From assembly GCA_023251975.1 (NCBI GenBank), contig JAHEXU010000003.1:1-43532 (forward strand): a stretch of 43,532 nucleotides of DNA. Direction: 5' to 3'. Position numbers and translations under genes: made by a program. This document shows positions 17,743-27,100 of the stretch, in pieces. Source of the stretch: a bacterium. GTDB lineage: Bacteria > Actinomycetota > Thermoleophilia > Solirubrobacterales > 70-9. A model generated the notes under the pieces. That model was given only the letters and a program-made list of their open reading frames with translations. It searched no databases and had not been told where the DNA came from. Positions within the stretch are counted from its first letter, which is position 1, and each line of letters begins with the position of its first letter.

Positions 17743-17876
17743 CCGTTGGTGGACAGAGTGTACGGACAGCGCGACGTATTGGTTGGCACCAGGTCTGGCG
17801 GTTCGCTGTCCGCCGACCGACGCGGGCGCTCAAAGCGTGGCGTCCGGTGGGGCTTGCCGATCGGAAGCCGCGGCGG

Positions 17877-18590
17877 CTACGAGCTGGCGGCGGCCTTGGC
17901 TTCGGCTTCCTCGGCGTTGATCGCCTTGAGGACGAGGATGAACATGACGATCATCCAGACGAAAAAGTCGGTCAGGGCAACCCAGAAGGTGACCAGGCCG
18001 TTCCAGGCGAAAGGACCGCTCTTGAAGAAGACAAGCAGGACCGGGGGGAGGAAGAGTCCCGGAATCCAGATGTTGAAGTAGCCAGCCCAGCGCGGGAAGA
18101 CCGGGTTCTCCGAGGTGTCGGAGAAGATCGCCATCGCGAGCGCGATACACCAGGCCAAAAACGGCGGGAAGGTGATGATGAACATGATCCACGCTACGTC
18201 GTTGAGGCCTTGAACGACATCGGGGTCGAGGGCGTCGGAGCGGAAACCGGCGGCAAGCATGAAGACCAGCGCCAGCATGATCACGACGGTTGCTCCGGCC
18301 GCCCCGGCGATCTGGATGTAGGCAAAGGCGGGGGACGCGCTCTTGATCCGCCGGGTCTGGGCAGCGAGGACGCCGCCGAACAATGGGAACGAGACGCAAC
18401 CGGTCAGCGACAGGATCAGTCCGACCCGAATCATGTCGCCGTCGGCGTTATAGATCGCGGCGATCTGCTGGGCATTGTCGCTGGGGCGAATCGGCGGCAA
18501 GAAGCCGGAGAAAAGCCAAAAGCCGACGGTGAAGATTGCCGCGAAGCCGATACAGCTCCAAGCGCAGACCCGCTGCATCGAGAAGTTCAT
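17877..18590 (-). CDS. integral membrane protein, unknown function
   Basis: 237-aa ORF with about six hydrophobic segments (e.g. IGFAAIFTVGFWLFSGFL, VVIMLALVFMLAAGF, FFVWMIVMFILVL). Confidence 0.7.
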   Translation of the reverse strand: MNFSMQRVCAWSCIGFAAIFTVGFWLFSGFLPPIRPSDNAQQIAAIYNADGDMIRVGLILSLTGCVSFPLFGGVLAAQTRRIKSASPAFAYIQIAGAAGATVVIMLALVFMLAAGFRSDALDPDVVQGLNDVAWIMFIITFPPFLAWCIALAMAIFSDTSENPVFPRWAGYFNIWIPGLFLPPVLLVFFKSGPFAWNGLVTFWVALTDFFVWMIVMFILVLKAINAEEAEAKAAASS

Positions 18591-18661
18591 CGGGCGGACC
18601 CTATCAGCGCGTCGGCAGAGCTGGCCGTTGACCGTGCAATCAGTCCGGGCGCGGTGTCCGG

Positions 18662-19180
18662 TTAGCGGCGGCCCGGTCGGACCGTGGCCGTTACGTAGCT
18701 CATCTCGCTCGAATCGATCGCCTCGCCGCAGCAGTCACAGGTCATCGCGGGCCGGGTCGCCTCGCCGCAGCGGTTGTGAACCAAGACCAGCTCCGCAACC
18801 CTCGGGGCGTCCTCAAGGTGCGCCTCGCCCCACCGCATCAGTGCGACGAAGACCGGGTAAAGCGAGCGACCACGCTCGGTCAGGCGGTACTCGAAGCGCT
18901 CCGGCCGGTCTTGGTAGCGGACCCGATCAGCGATCCCGTGGTCGACCAGGTGACGTAGCCGCTTCGATAGCACCGGGCGCGAGATCCCGAGCTGCGATTG
19001 CAGTTGGTCGAATCGCCTAACCGCGAAGAACATCTCCTGCAAGACGGCGAAGGTCCAGGGGTCGGCGACGATCTCAAGTGCCCGCCGAACCGACTCGGGG
19101 CGCGGCGTCAAAAGGTCTGGCCGGTCGGCTCGTCCAACCGCCCGAAGCGGACTCGCGGAGCCATTCGCGACTTTGCTCAT
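18662..19180 (-). CDS. HxlR family winged-helix transcriptional regulator
   Basis: WTFAVLQEMFFAVRRFDQLQSQLGISRPVLSKRLRHLVDHGIADRVRYQDRPERFEYRLTERG is a typical HxlR core. Confidence 0.85.
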   Translation of the reverse strand: MSKVANGSASPLRAVGRADRPDLLTPRPESVRRALEIVADPWTFAVLQEMFFAVRRFDQLQSQLGISRPVLSKRLRHLVDHGIADRVRYQDRPERFEYRLTERGRSLYPVFVALMRWGEAHLEDAPRVAELVLVHNRCGEATRPAMTCDCCGEAIDSSEMSYVTATVRPGRR

Positions 19181-19284
19181 AGCGCGATCGTAGCCGAGAT
19201 TGACCAGTTAGTTTGAAATCAGAACGGACTCTGATATCGTCGCGTCGCAGTCGCCATCCGCGAGACCAACCGAGCCGATCGAAG
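19181..19284. promoter_or_regulatory. divergent promoter/operator region between the HxlR regulator and the Rieske oxygenase
   Basis: Locally AT-richer tract (GATTGACCAGTTAGTTTGAAATCAGAACGGACTCTGATATC) with inverted repeat TCAGA-n6-TCTGA at 19219-19234. No confident -35/-10 call. Confidence 0.3.
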
Positions 19285-20547
19285 ATGCCTCAGACCCTGA
19301 CCAATCCGCCGCTTGAGAAGTTGATCCTGGCCGACCGGGTCCACGGATCGCTCTACACCGATCCCGATATCTACGCGCTTGAGTTGGAGAAGATCTGGTA
19401 CCGCGGTTGGGTCTTTGTCGGCCACGAATCCGAGGTCGCGAAGCCAAACGACTACGTCGTCAAGTCGATCGGTCCGCAGCCGATCATCATGACTCGCGAC
19501 AAGCAGGGCGAGGTTCACCTGCTGCTGAACCGGTGCGCCCACCGGGGCAATCTGGTCTGCGATGCGCCGCGCGGTAACTCGAGCGCTTTCCGCTGTCCCT
19601 ATCACGGCTGGACCTTCGCCAATACCGGCAAGCTGCTCGGCTACCCGTTTAACTCCGGCTACGGCGGCACCGAGCGAAAGAAGGAGCTCAGCCTCGGCCG
19701 GGTGCCGCGGGTCGACTCCTACCGGGGCTTCGTCTTCGGCTCGTTTGCCGAGGACGGCCCGACGTTGGCGGAGCACCTCGGCGCCGCCGCTGAGGCGCTC
19801 GATCGCCTCTGCTCGCTGAGCCCGCCGGGAGAGATCGAATTGACCGCTGGTTGGCTACAGCACAAGTGCAAGGCGAATTGGAAGATGCTGGTCGAGAACG
19901 AGACCGACGGCTACCACCCACAGTTCGTCCACGCCTCGATCTTCAGCGTCGCCAAGAGTGGGATCGGCGACCTCTACGGCGACGGCTCAACAGCGGTCGC
20001 CAGAGATCTCGGCGACGGGCACACCGAGAACGACCTCCGCCCCGAGTTCCGCCGGATTGGCGCCCCGATGGGCTGGTTCGGGACCAGCACCGACAAGATC
20101 CCTGAATACGTTGCCCAGCTCGAGGCGGCGCACGGAGCCGACAAGGCGACCGAGCTGATGATCGACGGCTCACCCCACGTAATGCTGTGGCCGAACCTGT
20201 TCATCGCCGAGATCCAGCTTTTCGTGATCCAGCCGACCGCGGTCGATCAGACCATCCAGCACGTCACCGCGGTCCAGTTCAAGGGCTCGCCCGACCTCAA
20301 CCAACGGATGCTCCGCCAAACGATTGGCTCGGTCGGTCCGGCCGGATTCCTTTTGGCCGACGATTCCGAGATGTATGAGCGAAACCAACGTGGGGTTCAG
20401 GCGCTCAACCCGGAGTGGGTCTTGATCGCGCGCGGGATGCACCGCGAGCGTGCCGACGAGAACGGCTTCATGATCGCCGACGCAACCGACGAGATCACGA
20501 TGCGCGGGATCTGGCGGCACTACCGCAAGCTGATGGAGGCTGAGTGA
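19285..20547 (+). CDS. Rieske non-heme iron aromatic ring-hydroxylating oxygenase, alpha subunit
   Basis: Rieske motif CAHRGNLVC...CPYHGWTF. Mononuclear iron motif ENETDGYHPQFVH. Start at MPQTLTN. Confidence 0.9.
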   Translation: MPQTLTNPPLEKLILADRVHGSLYTDPDIYALELEKIWYRGWVFVGHESEVAKPNDYVVKSIGPQPIIMTRDKQGEVHLLLNRCAHRGNLVCDAPRGNSSAFRCPYHGWTFANTGKLLGYPFNSGYGGTERKKELSLGRVPRVDSYRGFVFGSFAEDGPTLAEHLGAAAEALDRLCSLSPPGEIELTAGWLQHKCKANWKMLVENETDGYHPQFVHASIFSVAKSGIGDLYGDGSTAVARDLGDGHTENDLRPEFRRIGAPMGWFGTSTDKIPEYVAQLEAAHGADKATELMIDGSPHVMLWPNLFIAEIQLFVIQPTAVDQTIQHVTAVQFKGSPDLNQRMLRQTIGSVGPAGFLLADDSEMYERNQRGVQALNPEWVLIARGMHRERADENGFMIADATDEITMRGIWRHYRKLMEAE

Positions 20548-20548
20548 T

Positions 20549-21109
20549 ATGCCCAACGCCGAGGCGCGCGAGGAGGCTGCCGTGATCGACGGCTCGATCG
20601 GGCTGGCCGCCCCGCTGCTCGAGGTGGGTTCGATCAGCCTGACCGAGGCGGAGCAGTTCGTCTATGCCGAGGCACGACTGGCCGACCAGCATCGCTATGA
20701 CGAGTGGGAGGCGCTTTGGACCGACGACGCGCTCTACTGGGTGCCGGCCAACGCCGAGTTCGAGACCGACCCCGACACCGCGATGTCGATCCTCTATGAC
20801 AACCGATCGCGGATTTCAACTCGGATCAAACAGCTCAAAACCGGGAAGCGCCACGCCCAAAACCCGCCGTCAGGGTTGCGGCGCAGCATCTCCAACATCG
20901 AGCTGCTGGGAACCCTTGAGAGCGGCGACGCCCACGTCGTCGGCAATTTCATCTGCTTCGAATCGCGTCAGCGCGGGCTCACCCAGTGGGCCGGGGGGGT
21001 TGAGTGGGCGCTTCGTCGCGAGCCCGACAGCTCGCTGCGGATGTCGCGCAAGACGGTTCGTTTGGTCGACAACGATCGCCCCTTGTATTCGCTCAGCTTC
21101 TTGGTCTGA
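20549..21109 (+). CDS. ring-hydroxylating dioxygenase beta subunit (NTF2/SnoaL-like)
   Basis: Follows the alpha subunit by 1 nt. YDEWEALWTDDALYWVP and DNRSRISTRIKQLKTGKRHAQNPPS are typical of small subunits. Confidence 0.85.
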   Translation: MPNAEAREEAAVIDGSIGLAAPLLEVGSISLTEAEQFVYAEARLADQHRYDEWEALWTDDALYWVPANAEFETDPDTAMSILYDNRSRISTRIKQLKTGKRHAQNPPSGLRRSISNIELLGTLESGDAHVVGNFICFESRQRGLTQWAGGVEWALRREPDSSLRMSRKTVRLVDNDRPLYSLSFLV

Positions 21110-21366
21110 TGGCGCAATCGGGCCGGATCGAGGCTGAGGGGCTGGATGGCGGCGGGGCGATCGCCGAGAGCGAGTTTGCCTCGGTGCGCCTCAGTGTGGT
21201 CGATGATGCCAACGGTCCTCGGCTGCGAATCGAGGACCTGCGAACCGGTCAGGTTGGCCACCTTGACCCGCTCGAACTCGAGACCCTCGCCTGGTTGCCT
21301 GCCGAGGCGATGCAGCAGTGGCTCGATCCGTCGGCCCACCGCTGGCGCGACCACCGTTCAGGCTGA
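21109..21366 (+). CDS. small hypothetical protein coupled to the dioxygenase beta subunit
   Basis: ATG at 21109 overlaps the beta-subunit stop (TGATG). 85 aa, MAQSGRIEAEGLDGGGAIAESEF...; no recognisable motif. Confidence 0.35.
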   Translation: MAQSGRIEAEGLDGGGAIAESEFASVRLSVVDDANGPRLRIEDLRTGQVGHLDPLELETLAWLPAEAMQQWLDPSAHRWRDHRSG

Positions 21367-21398
21367 GCGCCGGCGGAGCGGCACCGCCGGTCGATCGA

Positions 21399-21636
21399 TC
21401 AGCCGCGGACAATCTTCAGCGTCGGTTCGATCTCGGCGAGGACGCTGAAGTCATCGTCTTGGGTCCAGACGGCAAGCTCGTGGGTGAGCGCCGTGGCGGC
21501 GATGATCGCGTCGGCCCGCCGCCGAGCCGCTCGCGCCCCGCAAATCAGCTTGGCGAGGCGGGCGGCAACGGCCTCGTCATAGGGCAGCGCAATGAACGAC
21601 GCTCGTATCCGCCAGATAACCGCTGCTGTCGCTCAT
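21399..21636 (-). pseudogene. vapC: decayed VapC (PIN domain) toxin gene: frameshift plus internal deletion
   Basis: ATG overlaps the antitoxin stop (ATGA). The first frame gives MSDSSGYLADTSVVHCAAL*. A second frame gives the PIN C-terminus IALPYDEAVAARLAKLICGARAARRRADAIIAATALTHELAVWTQDDDFSVLAEIEPTLKIVRG*. The middle of the domain is missing. Confidence 0.55.
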
Positions 21637-21815
21637 CGCGTGGCCGTGTCGCCGACCTCGAGGCCCGTCTCGAAGTCACTCGTCGGCGAACTGACCCCGG
21701 CAATTCGTTCGGCGACCGGGCGCCCGTGGACCGTCAGCACGACCGGCTGACCGCTCTCGACAGCCGAGATCACCCTCGCCGTGTGGTTCCGGAGCTCGCG
21801 AACCGATACATCCAT
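21633..21815 (-). CDS. Phd/YefM family type II antitoxin
   Basis: MDVSVRELRNHTARVISAVESGQPVVLTVHGRPVAERIAGV is a typical Phd/YefM N-terminus. 60 aa. Confidence 0.7.
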   Translation of the reverse strand: MDVSVRELRNHTARVISAVESGQPVVLTVHGRPVAERIAGVSSPTSDFETGLEVGDTATR

Positions 21816-21825
21816 CGCTGGGGCA

Positions 21826-21960
21826 CAGCAGGAGGAGGCGCATGTGGTCGTGCGCGGGAGCAGACGGATGAGGCTCGACGAGGAAATAGTCGCGCTCAAG
21901 GAGTGGGACGTGGTGCGAGTCCCGCCCGCTACGTGGCGAGGCTACGAGGCCGGGCCGGGG
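21826..21960 (+). pseudogene. possible cupin-domain gene remnant lacking its 5' part
   Basis: QQEEAHVVVRGSRRMRLDEEIVALKEWDVVRVPPATWRGYEAGPG resembles the second half of a cupin barrel. The metal-binding N-terminal half is absent. The fragment begins about 10 nt from the Phd start on the other strand. Confidence 0.25.
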
Positions 21961-22209
21961 GCGGATCAGCTTCGCGCCGGCGCTCTTTGTCAGAACCGAA
22001 TTCCAGCCCGTCGAGTTCGACTCCCTGGCCGCAGGTTCGCCAACGGTCCGGTACCAACACCGAAAGAGCGACTGCAACTCCGGCACCGCCCCTGGCAGCG
22101 TCAGACCGGCCAACGACCTGGTCGAAGGCGTCCCGTGCCGCGGAGCACAGGGCTGGGCCGGGCTGCCGGGGCCGCCGGGGAGTGCGGTCGTGACTGCTAC
22201 CATAATGTC

Positions 22210-22512
22210 ATGCGACAGGTCACGCTCCGCCTCGATGACGAACTGGCGCGTCAGCTCGCGCGGGCCGCGGTCGAGCGTGGGACCAGCGTCAACGCTTACG
22301 CGGCTGCGGTGTTCGCGGCGGCCCTCGACCCCGATTTGGCTGGCGACGAAGCGGAGCGCCTGCGCGCGCGCCTCGCCGCACGCGGCCTGCTCGCCACCTC
22401 GACCGTGACCGTCCCACTCCTTGATGAGGAGCGACTCAACGCCGCTCGGGCCGCGGCCGGGCGTGGACGCAGCCTTTCGTCTCTCGTTGGGGCCGACCGC
22501 GGTGAGGTGTGA
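22210..22512 (+). CDS. vapB: ribbon-helix-helix (CopG/VapB-type) antitoxin
   Basis: MRQVTLRLDDELARQLARAAVERGTSVNAYAAAVF is an RHH signature. The stop overlaps the PIN gene start (GTGA). Confidence 0.7.
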   Translation: MRQVTLRLDDELARQLARAAVERGTSVNAYAAAVFAAALDPDLAGDEAERLRARLAARGLLATSTVTVPLLDEERLNAARAAAGRGRSLSSLVGADRGEV

Positions 22513-22928
22513 CGGCGTTCGCTGATTCCTCCGCCGTCGTGAAGCGTTACGCCGATGAGGACGGGAGCGGCCTTGTTCGCCGGCAGCCCGTTCTCGTCGT
22601 CTCGCAACTCGCCCTCGTTGAGGTCCCGGCTGCGCTGTGGCGCAAGCATCGCCTCGGCGAACTGACGGCCGACGAGGCGCGTGTCCTGGTCGATGCGCTC
22701 GCTATCGACCTTGCGGGAGACCTCCTGATCGTCGCCGCCGTAACGGATGGGGTCATCGCCGACGCGGCGCGGCTCGTCGCGGTGCACCCGCTGCGTGCCT
22801 ACGATGCGCTGCAGTTGGCGACCGCTTGCGCTGTGCGAGTGGCCGATCCCGCGTGCGCGAGCTTCGCCTGCTTCGACACCCAACTCTCCCGCGCTGCCGC
22901 CGCCGAAGGGTTCAGGCCACTCGCCTGA
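22509..22928 (+). CDS. vapC: PIN domain toxin VapC
   Basis: N-terminal FADSSAVVKRY (first acidic residue), AYDALQLATA, and C-terminal FDTQLSRAAAAEGF. 139 aa. Confidence 0.8.
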   Translation: MTAFADSSAVVKRYADEDGSGLVRRQPVLVVSQLALVEVPAALWRKHRLGELTADEARVLVDALAIDLAGDLLIVAAVTDGVIADAARLVAVHPLRAYDALQLATACAVRVADPACASFACFDTQLSRAAAAEGFRPLA

Positions 22929-23106
22929 TCATCAATTGGCTCATGTCGAAGGAACTTGCCGGACCGCCGCCGCCCGGCTGCGCGCCTCGCCCAAATCCAC
23001 GAGGCGATCGAGATAGCTGCAGGTGTGACGAGCGAACCGAACCGCGATCTGCGCGCCCGCGGCCTCCGTGCCCAATCCCCCGCGCCTCGGCCGCGCCAGA
23101 CTCAGA

Positions 23107-23340
23107 TCAGTGCCGCGCCGCGGCGAAGCTGCGCGCGGCCGGAGGGAGCAGGTCGAGGATGCGGCCGACGGCGGCGGGCCCGTCGGCTTGGGCGGCGATG
23201 AAGGCGCCGTCAATGGTGGCGAGGCCGAACCCTGCGATTTCGTCGATCTATCGGTCCTCGGGATCGAGTTCGAGTGCGAGGTGGATCCGCTCGCGGAGCT
23301 CCGCCAAGGCGAGAGCGCGAACGCGGTCGACGACGGCCTA
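23107..23340 (-). pseudogene. possible TetR-like C-terminal domain remnant with in-frame TAG
   Basis: The minus strand reads AVVDRVRALALAELRERIHLALELDPEDR*IDEIAGFGLATIDGAFIAAQADGPAAVGRILDLL...; the stop is at 23248-23250. No HTH part is present. Confidence 0.25.
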
Positions 23341-23389
23341 ACCTCCTGAGCAGAACTTTTACGGCTGATCCAAGCAGCCGGCTCAAGCA

Positions 23390-23572
23390 GTGGTGGAGCA
23401 GATTCCGGTCGAAACCCGCAAGACCAACGCCACCGACCCCGACAGCCGGATCACGAAGACCCGCAATGGCTGGATCCAGGGCTACAACGCCCAGGCGATC
23501 GCTACTCGCCATCACATCATGGTCGGGTGCGATGTCAGCCAGGACGCAAACGACGCAAAGCAACTGGAGCCG
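23390..23572 (+). mobile_element. DDE transposase fragment (IS1182/IS5-superfamily-like), truncated at both ends
   Basis: NATDPDSRITKTRNGWIQGYNAQAIATRHHIMVGCDVSQDANDAKQLEP matches the conserved TDPDSR...GYNAQ...QDAND block of these transposases. No full-length ORF and no inverted repeats identified. Confidence 0.5.
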
Positions 23573-23744
23573 AGGGGCTTGCCTGGGCTCGTTTTACCCT
23601 CGGCCTGGAGCTACTTCAGGCCCCCCGCGGGCGAAATTCGGGTTCGAAATGTGCGTCGACTGTGGGCTCAGCGCGGCTTGGGGTTTTGCAACAGCCTCAA
23701 ATAACCGGGTGAAACGTACGAGTGGTGAACCTATGGTGTGCCGC

Positions 23745-23908
23745 ATTTGCCCGAGCACCACTGGTGGTGCGTCTCGACGATCGAGCTGCTCGAGAAGGTG
23801 CTGCGACGGCCCGATGACTTCACGCGCCGGATCTCGGGCGCCCCCACGGTCCTGGTCCCCGACGAGGTTCGCGGCGAGCTCCCCGACGGCTGGCCGATGC
23901 ACCCGTAA
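23745..23908 (+). pseudogene. short gene fragment, possibly a P450 N-terminal remnant
   Basis: HHWWCVSTIELLEKVLRRPDDFTRRISGAPTVLVPDEVRGELPDGWPMHP* resembles the W-V-x-x-x-x-x-V-L-R-D-P-x-x-F region near P450 N-termini. It stops after about 55 codons. Confidence 0.2.
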
Positions 23909-24130
23909 ATCTCTAGCGCGGCCCGCACCTCGACCTCCGTGGCCCCCGTATCCGCCCCGAAAGGGTCGGATCGCACGGACACCCGGTCGTCACATTCGGG
24001 CGCAATGAACGTCACGGCGTTGGCGACCGAGCGCACTGTCGAGCAGCGCGGCGAGGTGCGCCAATTCGGCAACTGCCCGGTAGGCTCGCCTTGTGTCAGA
24101 TCGCCGTGAGCCGAGACGACCCCCCACGTC

Positions 24131-27100
24131 GTGACATCCTCCTCTGCCGCCGAGACGACACCGCCCGCCCAAGCCCCGCGCCCTGGGCAGCTTGCCCGTG
24201 TCCGCGGCCGGCAGTGGGTTGTCGCCGATGTCGCGGCTGACTCTCAGGCCGAGCTCGACGGGCGCCGGGTCCAGCACCTCGTCTCCCTGATCTCCGTCGA
24301 GGATGACGCGACGGGCGAGCAGCTCGATGTCGTCTGGGAGATCGAGCCGGGCACGCAGGTCGTCGAGCGGGCCGAGCTGCCCGAGATCGCCGCCGACAAG
24401 GTCGACGACCCGGCGATGCTCGATGCATTCCTCGATGCGGTGCGCTGGGGTGCGGTGACGAGCGCCGATCAGCAGGCGCTGCAGGCGCCGTTTCGCAGCG
24501 GGATCACGATCGAGGACTACCAGCTCGAACCGCTCGTGCGGGCCCTGCGGATGCCGCGTACAACGCTGCTGATCGCCGACGACGTCGGCCTCGGCAAGAC
24601 GATCGAGACCGGTCTTGTCATCCAGGAGCTGATCCTGCGCCATCGCGCCCGAACGGCCCTCGTCGTCTGCCCCGCCAGCCTGCAGGTGCAGTGGCGCGAC
24701 GAGATGCGCGAAAAGTTCGGCCTCGAGTTCCGGATCGTCAACCGCGATCTGCTGAGCGAACTCCGCCGCGCCCGGGGGGTGGGCGCGAACCCGTTCGCGC
24801 ACTATCCGCGCCTCATTATCTCGATTGACTGGCTCAAGGGCGACCTCGGAATGCGACTACTCCGCGAGGTTCTCCCACCGACCCCAGAGATCCCGCGGAC
24901 CTACGACGTGCTCGTGGTCGACGAGGTGCACAACTGCGCCCCCGCCGGCGCAGGCGGCCGCTATGCCCGCGACACGCTGCGCACCGCCGCGATCCGCACG
25001 CTCGCGCCGCACTGCGAGCACCGGCTGTTCCTGTCGGCCACGCCGCACAACGGCTATGACAACTCGTTCGCCGCCCTGCTCGAGCTGCTTGACCCGCACC
25101 GCTTCGCGCGCGGGATCAAGCCGACGAAGGAGGCGACGCGTGAGGTCACCGTCCGCCGCCTGAAATCCGAGCTCGTCAACGAGGACGGCACCCCTCGCTT
25201 CCCGAAGCGCAGGATCGTCCCGCTCGAGGTCGAGCACCCGGAGAGCGAGCGTGCCGTCCATGCGAACCTCGTTTCCTACGGACAGGTACGTTCCGCGCGG
25301 CTCGGCGGCGGGGACCCATCGGCGCGGACCGCGGCCGATTTCGTAGTGACGCTGCTGAAGAAGCGGCTCTTCTCTTCGCCCGCGGCGTTTCTGCGCACGC
25401 TTGAGGTTCATCGCGACACGCTCACGCGCGAACGGCCTGCTGCCCCGGCACCGGCAGTCAAAGTGCTCCGACAGCTCTTCGACGACGCCGACGCCTCAAT
25501 CGACGACGAGCGCGACGAAGATGGCGTCGGCGAGATCACACGCGAGGCAATCGAGGCGGCCGCACTGACCGAGCGCAGCCGCCCGAGTGCGGAGGAACTC
25601 GCACTTCTCGAGCGCATGCATGAGTGGGCCTCGCGCGCAGCGCGCACTGAGGACGCCCGCACAATCGTGCTCCTCGACTGGGTCGAAGGCCACGTCAAAA
25701 CCGGAAGCCAGTTCACCGACGAGCGCGTGATCGTGTTCTCCGAGTACCGCGCGACCCAGCGCTATCTGCAGGAGCGCCTCGCCGCCCGCGGCATCGCCGG
25801 TGATCGCGTGGAGCTGCTCGACGGAACGACCCACCCTGAGGAGCGCGAGCGCATCAAGAGCCAGTGGCAGGAACCCCCGACCGACTACCCGGTCCGCGTC
25901 TTGCTTGCAACTGACGCCGCCTCCGAGGGCATCTCCCTGCAGAAGCAGTGCCACCTCCTCGCACACGCGGAGATCCCGTGGAACCCCAACCGGCTTGAGC
26001 AGCGCAACGGCCGCGTCGATCGTCACGGGCAGCCCGCACCCGAAGTTCTGGTCCACCACTGCGTGAGCCAGGGTTGGCAGACCGAAGGACGTGGATCGCT
26101 CGAGGGCGACCTCGACTTCCTCGCCCGCGTCGTGCAGAAGGTGGAGCAGATCCGCGAGGACCTCGGCAGCGCCGGACCCGTTATCGCCTCCCAGGTCGAG
26201 GAGGCGATGCTCGGTCGCCGCACGAGGCTCGACGAGAGCCGCTTCTCCGGCGCCGCCGCGTCCCGGGCGCTGCTCACGCAGGAACGGCGGATGCGCGAGC
26301 GCCTCGCCCATCTGCGCGACGAGCTCGCCGGTGCCCGTGAGACGCTGCACCTGCACCCCGACCGAGTCGAGCGGGTCGTCCGCACCGCGCTCTCACTCGC
26401 CCGGCAGCCGCCACTCGACCCCGGGAAGGAGCCGGGAACGTGGATCGTCCCGGCATTCACAGGCAGTTGGAACGACTCGACTCGAGGCCTCGAGCATCCG
26501 GCCCGCCCCGAGCAGCGTCGCCCGATCACGTTTGACCACGAACTCGCGCGCGGGCGGACCGACCTCGTGCTCGCCCACCTCGGCCACCGGTTGGTGCGAA
26601 TGTCGCTCGGGCTGCTGCGCGCCGAGGTGTGGGGCGCCGAGAATCGCCTGCGTCGTGTCGCGATGCGCTACGCACGCCGCGAGCTCGGTGGCTACCCGGT
26701 CGCGGTGGCGCACGGGCGGCTCGTCGTAACGGGCGAGGCCGGACACCGCCTCCACGAACAGCTCGTCTACGCCGCCCTGCGACTCGAGCCGACCGGACCG
26801 CAGCGGCTGAGCCTCGAGGAAGCCACCGCGGCGCTCGCGACGGCGCTCGAGGCCCCGGTCCCGGCAACTCTGCGCGCGCAGCTGACGCCACGCCTGGCCG
26901 ACGAAGCCGGGGCGCTGCGTTCCATGCTGACCTCCCGCGCTGCCGCTCGCGCCGGCAACCTGCGTGCAACCCTCGAACGTCGCGCGCATGATGAACGGCA
27001 GCGGGTCGCAAAGACTCTCGAGGAGCTCGCCGCGACGATCCGGCGCGAAGCACTGGGTGAAGACGGGGCGCAGATGCAGCTCATCACCGGCCTCGAGCTG

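Noticed and set aside
17763-17812. 9-bp inverted repeat CGGACAGCG ... CGCTGTCCG separated by 32 nt, plus direct GGACAG repeats, upstream of the second TetR
   Set aside because: It could be a TetR operator or a terminator for the upstream membrane gene. The long loop and short arms cannot be distinguished from chance in GC-rich DNA without comparative data.
17290-18665. Plus-strand ORFs 17290-18081 and 17847-18665
   Set aside because: They are antisense to a clear TetR gene and to a multi-pass membrane protein gene. The products are charged and low in complexity with no motifs.
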